A stretch of DNA of 64,000 nt from Candidatus Hydrogenedentota bacterium (GTDB lineage Bacteria > Hydrogenedentota > Hydrogenedentia > Hydrogenedentales > CAILVY01): the NCBI GenBank assembly GCA_029565395.1, contig JAKQOG010000028.1, positions 8,362-72,361 of the forward strand, in the 5' to 3' direction. The number at the start of each line of letters is the position of its first letter. Position 1 is the stretch's first letter. Below, in pieces: positions 56,608 to 64,000 of this stretch. The position numbers were made by a program, and so were the translations under genes. The notes beneath the pieces are model-generated. The model was given only the letters and a program-made list of their open reading frames with translations. It searched no databases and was not told where the DNA came from.

Positions 56608-58497
56608 TCATTTTATGCGCGGGTCTATGGAAACCGGCGTGCCGTCTTGGGGAAGATCGGGGATGGGTCCTGCCTGGAAGGTGGCGGGATCGCGCATGCG
56701 CCCGAAGTAGTCGAAGGTAAGCAGCTTGTCTGCGGTGGTGGTTTCCGGCAGAAGGCTGGGGAAATCGCTGAAGGCAGGCAGAGAAGACGCCGAGTTGGTC
56801 ATCCGCAGTGTTAGGGTGTCTATGTCGAAGGTCACGCGGGCATCCACAAGAATCGAATGAAGATCCTGGCCGCGGGCGCGCCATGCGATAAGATCCATTT
56901 CCTCTTTTGGCTTTGCGGGATCGCCGTGTTGCTTGAAGGCTTTGGACGCGTCCGCCATGCCGATTACATTGTAATCGCACAGCGTGGTCTCGTTAGGCCG
57001 TGATATGGCGCCGTTGAAATTCACCAGGATGTTGCCAAACACGCGGTGATGATTTTGATAAGGTGGATTGACCCGCCCGGGATCGCCGAACCGCAAGTGA
57101 ATGGCGTCGCCCGTGCCATTGGCGACAAGATTCTGGAGCAGGATCAGGCGTTCGGCATCGTGTTCGTAAATACCGTTTCCATTGGCGTCGAGGACAATGT
57201 TGTTGTCGCAGACATTCGGTCCTTTATTGATCTCGAGGAAGATGGCGCCCCATTGCGGCTTCCGGATATCGGCGCACAGGTTTTGCGTGATACGCGTGTT
57301 GAGTATTTCGCCGTCCAGCCACAGTGCCGGGCCGTTGTAGGTGCGCAGGATCACATTGCGCCGCACCAGCGAATGTTCCGTTCGATGTATTTTAATCCCC
57401 GCGGATTCACAATGATCCACAATGGTCAGGCCGCAGCAATCGGTCACCAGATTGTCCTCGACAAGCATATGCACGTTGGCCATGTTGTGCCAGCCGGAAA
57501 TGGCCGACACGCCGCAGTGGTGGATATAATTCCGCCGGACGATGTGGTAGCCCTGCATCTCGCCGGTTCCGTACGCCCACCATTGTCCGCCCAGATCCAT
57601 GCCGAGGGTGTTGGCGAAACCAATTTCGCAGTCTTCGATGATCCAGTGATGTCCCCGGGTTGCGCTAAGCAGCCCGCGTTGCGGGGGTGGAATGGGAATT
57701 GGATTAGCCGCATGAACCATGCGCAGCCCTTTGACCCGGATGTAATTCAAATACGGCGTTACCGGCGCGAAAACCTGCTCGCGCGTGGTGATTTCAAAGC
57801 GCTGTTGGCCGGGATCTTCATCGCGGGGCAACCGCGCATAGATGGTCATGCCGTTGTCATCCACCCAAAACCTGCCTGGACCATCTCCAAGTGAAGAAAA
57901 GGCGCCCACCTGGATCAGCGGTTCATCATCAACAAAGATTTGCCCACGCCGGAGTTCGCATCCCGGAAACGTTGTCCACGTTTTCATGTCCGGTTGAACG
58001 GGAAAGTTCTGCAGACAAAACACATTTGCGCCTTCAAAGAGGTCCGGCGACAGTCCCGCCTGCCATATCTTGACGTCCTTGATCTTAAAGGTCTCGCTGG
58101 GCCGCCACACCGGATTCCATGGTACGGAACCTTTAAGAATGACGTCTTCCCCCGGCGCGGCCTCATACGAAATCATGCACTCCGGGCCTGTGCCGCCGCG
58201 CGCGGGCTTCACCCACTCGCGATATGTTCCTGCATGGATGATGACGCGATCGCCCGGTTTCAACACCTCCGCCGCCTTGCTGATAGTCTTCCACGGATGC
58301 TTTTCCGTTCCCTTATTCTTATCCGAAGCTGCATGATGGTGCTGATCCACGTGAAACGTCCGCGTGAACGTCAAGGGTTGTTCCCAGCTTTGGAATATGG
58401 TTCCATCCGGCAGCCGCACCTCTTGCGGATCCGTTACGCCGAGAAGCATGGCTGAGATCGCAAGCCCGCACAATGCTTTAAATAAAAATCTTTGCAT
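56608..58497 (-). CDS. Right-handed parallel beta-helix repeat protein (pectate-lyase fold, DUF1565-like N-terminus)
   Basis: ATG 58497 follows GGGAGG and a signal peptide. The PWKTISKAAEVLKPGDRVIIHAGTYRE motif and repeated beta-helix-type segments are present. Confidence 0.75.
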   Translation of the reverse strand: MQRFLFKALCGLAISAMLLGVTDPQEVRLPDGTIFQSWEQPLTFTRTFHVDQHHHAASDKNKGTEKHPWKTISKAAEVLKPGDRVIIHAGTYREWVKPARGGTGPECMISYEAAPGEDVILKGSVPWNPVWRPSETFKIKDVKIWQAGLSPDLFEGANVFCLQNFPVQPDMKTWTTFPGCELRRGQIFVDDEPLIQVGAFSSLGDGPGRFWVDDNGMTIYARLPRDEDPGQQRFEITTREQVFAPVTPYLNYIRVKGLRMVHAANPIPIPPPQRGLLSATRGHHWIIEDCEIGFANTLGMDLGGQWWAYGTGEMQGYHIVRRNYIHHCGVSAISGWHNMANVHMLVEDNLVTDCCGLTIVDHCESAGIKIHRTEHSLVRRNVILRTYNGPALWLDGEILNTRITQNLCADIRKPQWGAIFLEINKGPNVCDNNIVLDANGNGIYEHDAERLILLQNLVANGTGDAIHLRFGDPGRVNPPYQNHHRVFGNILVNFNGAISRPNETTLCDYNVIGMADASKAFKQHGDPAKPKEEMDLIAWRARGQDLHSILVDARVTFDIDTLTLRMTNSASSLPAFSDFPSLLPETTTADKLLTFDYFGRMRDPATFQAGPIPDLPQDGTPVSIDPRIK

Positions 58498-58596
58498 TTG
58501 AAGCCTCCCATTTGAGCCTGAGTGCACAAGGCTCTTTTCTATTCCCCCTTCCGTTAGATCTGTATCTACCTTCTCTTCACCAGTTTTCAACCACAC

Positions 58597-59523
58597 TCAC
58601 ATGAACTTTTTCGCTTTTTCGATCAAGCGGGCAATGCCCTTTTCGCTGCGATCCGCCGGGAATCCGGGGTGAATAATTTTTTCTGAGCATTTTTCGGCGG
58701 CGCGGACGAGATGCTTGTACGGGCCGCCATGGGGATCTTTGATGTATGCTTTTCTCCGATTGTCGTACGCGAAGATGTTGGAATTAATATTGACGCACTC
58801 TTCGCACGTGGTGCATTTTTCGGAATCTATCCGCGGGGGGACATAACCGTTCACTTCAAAGACTTCCACTTCCGGCGGAGGCAATGTGGTTTCTTTCTTC
58901 GCTGGTGTTTCAGTGGGGATCTCCAATTGCACGGCGGAGGACCGGTTTGCGGAGGGGGCATGAGGCTGGGGCATGGCCGTGGTGAATTGTCTGGACAGTC
59001 CTGCGCGGAATGCGGCGATATTTTTCTGCACAACAGTGTTGGGTGCGCCGCTGCCATGAAGCACCGCTTCGACGGAGGCGGCTTGCACAATGGGCTCAAA
59101 ACTTAAAAAAGCGCCGAGTGACACGATGTTCGCCGAACGATCATTTTGCGCCACTTCCCGGGCAATGTGATTCGCTGGAACAGGAACTACCTTAGCTTCA
59201 TGGGGGTGATCGAACGCTTCGGGGTCGATGATGGAGGAATTGGCGATAACCAGGCCGCCGGAGCGCACAACGGATTCGAATTTGTCAAGGGATTGGCGGT
59301 TCATCAAGATGGCTGCATGAGGGCGCTCCATGACAGGGGAGCCGATTTCCTCGGAGGAAATTTTCACGACGCAGTTGGCGGTTCCGCCGCGCATGGCCAC
59401 GCCATAGGTGGGCATGAAGGTTACATGGCGCCCTTCCCGCAAGGCGGCCTGCGCCAGCAGGTTGCCCATATATAGGATGCCCTGCCCGCCTGAACCTGAC
59501 ATGACAATCTCAAACAACATCAT
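58597..59523 (-). CDS. 2-oxoacid:ferredoxin oxidoreductase gamma subunit fused to a C-terminal 4-Cys ferredoxin-like domain
   Basis: The gamma core is SGSGGQGILYMGNLLA..TYGVAMRGG. After a Pro/Thr linker comes IDSEKCTTCEECVNINSNIFAYDN..AAEKCSEKIIHPG (CxxCxxC plus a distal Cys). Confidence 0.85.
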   Translation of the reverse strand: MMLFEIVMSGSGGQGILYMGNLLAQAALREGRHVTFMPTYGVAMRGGTANCVVKISSEEIGSPVMERPHAAILMNRQSLDKFESVVRSGGLVIANSSIIDPEAFDHPHEAKVVPVPANHIAREVAQNDRSANIVSLGAFLSFEPIVQAASVEAVLHGSGAPNTVVQKNIAAFRAGLSRQFTTAMPQPHAPSANRSSAVQLEIPTETPAKKETTLPPPEVEVFEVNGYVPPRIDSEKCTTCEECVNINSNIFAYDNRRKAYIKDPHGGPYKHLVRAAEKCSEKIIHPGFPADRSEKGIARLIEKAKKFM

Positions 59524-60263
59524 GCTTCGTCGTCCTTAAATACACCGAGCGGATAGGCCTGGCACATCTGGTTGGCAACCCATTTTTGGGCATCGGAGGG
59601 TTTCATGCGCATGTTGGTGCCGCAGGCGGAGAGCACCTCGACAAAGGAGAAACCCAGTCCTTCCAATTGCGCTTCAAACGCCCTGAAAATGGCCTCGCGC
59701 GCTTCATACACCTGATCCGGATCATGGAGGGAAACGCGCTGGCAAAACGCCACCCCATCCAGCTTCGACAGCAGTTCCGCCATTTTCAACGGTGATCCCT
59801 CCCGGTGCAGGGAGCGTCCCGTGGGCGTGGTCGAGGTTTTCATGCCGAGGAGGGTGGTGGGCGCCATTTGCCCGCCCGTCATGCCGTAGACCGCGTTGTT
59901 AATGAAGATTACACATACCTTTTCGCCGCGGTTCGCAGCGTGCATGGTTTCCGCGAGACCTATGCTGGCCAAATCACCGTCGCCCTGGTAGGTGAATACC
60001 GTTAGTTCCGGGTGGGTGCGTTTGATTCCCGTGGCCACGGCCAGCGCACGGCCATGGGCTGCTTCAATCGTGTCCACGTCGAAATATTTATACATCATGA
60101 CACTGCATCCCGCGGAAGCCACCCCGACGGTATGCTCGCGAAGGCCGAAATGATCTATCGCTTCCGCCACAAGACGATGCGCCACGCCATGACCACAGCC
60201 CGGGCAGTAATGCGTGGGAGTATCGGTCAAGGCCTGGGGACGTTTAAATACGTTCGTCTCCAC
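59520..60263 (-). CDS. 2-oxoacid:ferredoxin oxidoreductase beta subunit (TPP-binding)
   Basis: HYCPGCGHG.. and the TPP motif GDGD..NN.VYGMTGGQ. The start is GTG, and a 4-nt overlap (ATGA) links it to the gamma subunit gene. Confidence 0.9.
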   Translation of the reverse strand: METNVFKRPQALTDTPTHYCPGCGHGVAHRLVAEAIDHFGLREHTVGVASAGCSVMMYKYFDVDTIEAAHGRALAVATGIKRTHPELTVFTYQGDGDLASIGLAETMHAANRGEKVCVIFINNAVYGMTGGQMAPTTLLGMKTSTTPTGRSLHREGSPLKMAELLSKLDGVAFCQRVSLHDPDQVYEAREAIFRAFEAQLEGLGFSFVEVLSACGTNMRMKPSDAQKWVANQMCQAYPLGVFKDDEA

Positions 60264-60264
60264 C

Positions 60265-61326
60265 TTATAGCTCCTTGAGTTTTTCGAGAATATCGGTGTG
60301 CGTGGGCACGCCGCCGCCGGGTCTTCCGTGAAACGCCACCTTCACGCCCTGCGGCACAATCGCCAGCACATCCTCCAGCATTTGACCGCAATTCATTTCC
60401 ACCACCAGGATCTTCTTGATGTGTTTCGTCAGGGCGCGCAAGGCTTTTTTAGGGTAGGGATATAACGTGATGGGACGGAACAAGCCGGCGCGGATGCCTT
60501 CTTCGCGCGCCTCCCGAATTGACGTGGAGGCAATGCGCGCTGAGGTGCCGAAGGCGATAACCAGCCGGTCAGCGTCTTCCGTCCATCGTTCTTCGTGCCG
60601 TGGCTCTTCCTCTTCCATCTGCTCATATTTCTGCTGCAAGACGTAATTAAGTTCTTCCTGACCATCGCCCTCGAGATACATGCTGCGGATGTTGCGCGAG
60701 GGCCGGCCGTGGGCGCCGTTAAGGATCCACCCCGATTTGTCATATTCCACGGGGGGATGCTCCGGCACGAGAGTGGCGGGCTCGCGCATCTGGCCCAAGA
60801 TGGCGTCGGCAAGGATCATCACCGGATTACGGTATTTGTCGGCCAATTCAAAGGCGCACACGGTGAAATCGAACATTTCCTGGACATTTCCCGGCGCAAA
60901 CACGAGGGTGCGGTAGTCGCCATGGCCTCCGCCCCGCGTGGCCTGAAAATAGTCCGCCTGGGTCGGTTTGATGCCGCCCAATCCGGGCCCGCACCGCATA
61001 ATATTCACAATCACCGCGGGTAACTGGCTGCCCGCCAGAAAGGAGATCCCTTCCTGCATCAGCGATATGCCCGGCCCGGAGGAACTGGTCATTACGCGCG
61101 TGCCCGTCGATGCGGCGCCCAGCACCATGTTGATGCTCGCCAACTCGCTTTCCGCCTGCAGGAAAATGCCGCCCACTTCCGGCAACCGCGCGGAGAGATA
61201 TTCCGGGATTTCATTTTGCGGCGTGATGGGATATCCGAAATAGGCACGGCATCCCGCCTGCACCGCGCCTTCGGCGACGGCGATGTTGCCCATCGTCAAT
61301 GTCTTGCGTTCGCATCGCTCAGTCAT
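60265..61326 (-). CDS. 2-oxoacid:ferredoxin oxidoreductase alpha subunit
   Basis: GNIAVAEGAVQAGCRAYFGYPITPQNEI..SSGPGISLM.E is typical of the alpha subunit. Confidence 0.9.
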   Translation of the reverse strand: MTERCERKTLTMGNIAVAEGAVQAGCRAYFGYPITPQNEIPEYLSARLPEVGGIFLQAESELASINMVLGAASTGTRVMTSSSGPGISLMQEGISFLAGSQLPAVIVNIMRCGPGLGGIKPTQADYFQATRGGGHGDYRTLVFAPGNVQEMFDFTVCAFELADKYRNPVMILADAILGQMREPATLVPEHPPVEYDKSGWILNGAHGRPSRNIRSMYLEGDGQEELNYVLQQKYEQMEEEEPRHEERWTEDADRLVIAFGTSARIASTSIREAREEGIRAGLFRPITLYPYPKKALRALTKHIKKILVVEMNCGQMLEDVLAIVPQGVKVAFHGRPGGGVPTHTDILEKLKEL

Positions 61327-61525
61327 GGAACACCTCGATGGCGGCTTCCGGGCATACGGTGGCGCAACGGGGACACGCCGTGCATTCCGTGTTGGGCGCC
61401 TCCCGGACCGGATAACAGTCCTGCGCGTTGAGATGATCGTCGATCTCGATATGTTTTTTACGGCAGGCCTCCACGCAAAGGTAACACCCTTTGCAGAGGG
61501 CCGCGTTGATCACTATGCGTCCCAC
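61319..61525 (-). CDS. 2x[4Fe-4S] ferredoxin-type delta subunit
   Basis: Two CxxCxxCxxxC-type motifs (CKGCYLCVEAC; CTACPRCATVCP). It overlaps the alpha-subunit start by 8 nt. Confidence 0.85.
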   Translation of the reverse strand: MGRIVINAALCKGCYLCVEACRKKHIEIDDHLNAQDCYPVREAPNTECTACPRCATVCPEAAIEVFHD

Positions 61526-61693
61526 AAAAGCCTCGCTAGGTCAAAATTCGTGCTTTGTTAAAGGGCATTTACTGTAGCAAAATACGCCTATGTGTGTCAA
61601 TTATAGTATTCGCAGTAGCAACTCCGCGGCACAGCCCTGCACGCGAATTTTTCCCGGCATACCCTCTTCGATTACCCAACGGCATGCGGTTCT

Positions 61694-63868
61694 TCAGGGC
61701 GTTGAGGCGCCGCTCGAAGCCCAGTTGTAGTGCCGTGACAATACAAAGGTGAACGGGTGCTTGAGGACATTCAGCGGCAGTTCGGCATAGTTTTGAAGGA
61801 GAATGCCGTGCAGAATCCGTTTCTCCCCCCCGTTGCTTACCTCAATGGTTTTTTCCGAATCCACGCCGATGGGCCAACGGTAATCGTTGATGGCGGCCAT
61901 TACCGGTTCCATATCGCCCTTATCCACGAAAATGTAGGAATCCATATCGGCGCGGATCAGTAGCGCGAGCGCATTGTCGTTTTCCGGAACGCGGAATTTT
62001 TCCGGGTAGATATGCACCTTGCGCACATCCTCCTTTTCATAAAAAGCGAACTTTTTCACCGGCAAATCAGCGCTGTCGATGATAAGCGAAGCCTGTAAAT
62101 CGGGGGAAAATGCGGATATTTTCCATTCGTTTTGCGCGCGCCAGAGTGGAAAGCCGGTAGAAACCACGCCGACATGCGTCAGTGGCAAGGATTGGTTCTG
62201 AACGAAGAAATTGGCTGCGCGGCGGTTGAAGCGAAAATCACGCGCCTGCCGCAACCCTTCCGCTTTCATGGCGTCCGTGGCATAGAAGGATTTCATGAAC
62301 TGATCGTAGTGTTTATGTCCGCCAAAGATGCCGCGCAACAGCCAGTCGTCTTTCCAGCCAAAGAAATTGAAGTTCGCATCGATACGGCGATTAATTGTGC
62401 CCACATGAAGACTGTTGGCCGCGAAAAGAACCATTAATGGAACCACCAGGAGAAAGCGCCACGGGGCGGGGTGGTGTGCGCGTGTGAAAAGCAACAAGGC
62501 GCACGTGATCGTGAGTGTGGCGAACAGTACTTGCAGCCAGATCATATCGTTGTCGGTATAGCGAAGCAGAAAGGAGGAGTTGATACTGGCCAATAGGCTT
62601 AGTGTTATGAGTAACCCAATGGATTTCCATTGAATATTGAGGAAGCGCAATGTCTTTCCCGACAGCAAGAGACCGATAAGCAGGGCGTGCACGCCCAGCA
62701 GATAGCGGAAATGCCAGACCATGGCCTGCCATTCCAAGCGGTTGTAGTTCAAGGTGGTGGGTTCAAAATGGCGGCGATCTCGAAAAAAGGCCACCTTAAA
62801 ATTAGTCAACAGGTAATGAAATCCCTGTGCAGGCTCGGAATACAGGAGGAAGTGGCAGAGGAAAGAAAGAAAGAATCCCGCCGCCAGGAGTATCGCCGCC
62901 GCCACGAGGCTGTACATCCAATACCTGCTTTTCCCGATCATGAGCAAAAGAATATTTGTGAATGTGATTGCAATGAGCGCCAGCAACACAGGCAACCCCG
63001 CACCGCGCCATTGACTGAACTCGACGCCGTAGTATCCCGCCCAAAAATACCGGTCCCAGTCGTTCATGGAGCGCGCGCAGGGAACAGGTTGTTTCCACGC
63101 CGTGAAAAACAAAAACAGGAAAAAGATCAGCGTGACGACGCTAATAAAGGTTAATAGTGTTTTCCCAGCAGCCGGTATGGTCAGATCAGTTTTTTCCTCG
63201 CGCAGGGTTTCCAGAAACAGGTAGAACACCCCCGCTATCACCACAAACACCACGCTCTGGACCTTGGTCAAGAAGGCGAGCCCCAATAAGAATCCCGCCA
63301 GGAGAAGCAGCGTTCCTTTGAGGCGCAAGGTTCCGGCGCGTGCGGCAAACGCCATGACCAGCAAGGCGAAGGACCAGCACAGGACACTCACCAACTCGGA
63401 CCGGATCATGCTGGCATCAAAAAACAGTGACTCCTGCATTCCCAGGAACAGGAGAATGCCCAGACTTGCCAGCCAGCCCGGACGAAATATAACGGTCATG
63501 GCCAGCCACAGTGCGATCACTAACACCAGCACCAGGAATGGGTACACCAAACGAAGACAGGTGATGAGTTCCGCAACACACGGGAAGGGATTCAGTGCGG
63601 TGAAGAGTTCGCTCATGCTTCCAATAGATATCCAACCGGCCCAATGCCCGATCCGGCTTATGGGTGAGAGAATGAGATATACGCCGAGTGAGGGGTGATG
63701 CACGTGGGCGGGCAATTGCCCGTCTCCAATAAGCAGCGTGTCCAGCACGGGAACGAAATCGCCATCCCAAAGGAGATAATAGGGGTAGTGCAGCGAGGAA
63801 GCGACATAGGCCAGCAGGAGCCCGGCGAGGATCAGGCCTCCGGCCAACATGCCCACCGTACTTTTCAT
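61694..63868 (-). CDS. Polytopic membrane protein (more than 12 TM segments) with C-terminal soluble domain, possible GT-C-like
   Basis: ATG 63868 lies 6 nt after AAGGAG. The N-terminal ~520 aa are highly hydrophobic and the C-terminal ~200 aa are soluble. No specific family motif was recognised. Confidence 0.65.
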   Translation of the reverse strand: MKSTVGMLAGGLILAGLLLAYVASSLHYPYYLLWDGDFVPVLDTLLIGDGQLPAHVHHPSLGVYLILSPISRIGHWAGWISIGSMSELFTALNPFPCVAELITCLRLVYPFLVLVLVIALWLAMTVIFRPGWLASLGILLFLGMQESLFFDASMIRSELVSVLCWSFALLVMAFAARAGTLRLKGTLLLLAGFLLGLAFLTKVQSVVFVVIAGVFYLFLETLREEKTDLTIPAAGKTLLTFISVVTLIFFLFLFFTAWKQPVPCARSMNDWDRYFWAGYYGVEFSQWRGAGLPVLLALIAITFTNILLLMIGKSRYWMYSLVAAAILLAAGFFLSFLCHFLLYSEPAQGFHYLLTNFKVAFFRDRRHFEPTTLNYNRLEWQAMVWHFRYLLGVHALLIGLLLSGKTLRFLNIQWKSIGLLITLSLLASINSSFLLRYTDNDMIWLQVLFATLTITCALLLFTRAHHPAPWRFLLVVPLMVLFAANSLHVGTINRRIDANFNFFGWKDDWLLRGIFGGHKHYDQFMKSFYATDAMKAEGLRQARDFRFNRRAANFFVQNQSLPLTHVGVVSTGFPLWRAQNEWKISAFSPDLQASLIIDSADLPVKKFAFYEKEDVRKVHIYPEKFRVPENDNALALLIRADMDSYIFVDKGDMEPVMAAINDYRWPIGVDSEKTIEVSNGGEKRILHGILLQNYAELPLNVLKHPFTFVLSRHYNWASSGASTP

Positions 63869-64000
63869 GCGTGACTCCTTCTCATGCCCTATGCCTTCGT
63901 AGCATATCAAATTCCACCCCAGGGAACTCACGGTTCCCGTACACCTTTATGCAGGACACCGACACAATATAATGAAAAGTCCAAAGGAAGCCATGTCGGG

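Overview
This is a bacterial chromosomal segment. The coding background is G+C-rich, judged by eye from codon third positions and the many long spurious antisense ORFs; nothing was computed. The gene content suggests a PVC-like or candidate-phylum heterotroph with a large exported glycan-active proteome, but taxonomy cannot be assigned from this sequence alone. That proteome includes two DUF4838 paralogs, a GH109-like oxidoreductase, a clan GH-D alpha-galactosidase-like enzyme, a beta-helix protein, an FGE-sulfatase domain and four twin-arginine signal proteins.

Core blocks:
- A housekeeping cluster, rpsB-tsf-pyrH-frr-uppS-cdsA-prfB-lysS (39170-46313, + strand).
- A four-subunit 2-oxoacid:ferredoxin oxidoreductase operon (58597-61525, - strand).
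- A sigma-54 response regulator (25263-26648).
- An envelope cluster of GT9, a polytopic membrane protein and an FAD oxidoreductase (10376-14635).
- Three very large polytopic membrane proteins.
- Three exoproteins with acidic Glu/Gly-rich tandem-repeat linkers. Two of them end in the same dockerin/EF-hand-like two-repeat module.

Four visibly AT-richer accessory insertions interrupt this background:
1. 640-4397: an operon of a micro TM peptide, a TerB-like protein and two glycine-zipper/coiled-coil membrane proteins. It faces a PLAAT/LRAT-like NlpC/P60 thiol hydrolase. This is my best candidate for an undescribed membrane-targeting conflict or defence system.
2. 8885-9398: a DUF4160/DUF2442 pair.
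3. 22909-25227: a PIN toxin with two tandem paralogous small ORFs, plus an orphan membrane protein. The membrane gene is bracketed by an imperfect 123-bp duplication of the sigma-54 activator 3-prime end.
4. 50361-51617: a very AT-rich single-gene insertion encoding a PIN-like protein with a C-terminal SEC-C metal-binding motif.

Non-coding oddities:
- Heptanucleotide tandem repeats in three intergenic regions; two of them fit the G-quadruplex motif.
- Hairpin (REP-like) modules at two loci.
- A near-consensus promoter with a roughly 240-nt leader and a 17-bp direct repeat upstream of a repeat-rich lipoprotein.

No rRNA, tRNA, CRISPR array, transposase or integrase was recognised. All start codons were refined by eye (RBS and signal peptide), and all family calls come from motif recognition, not searches.
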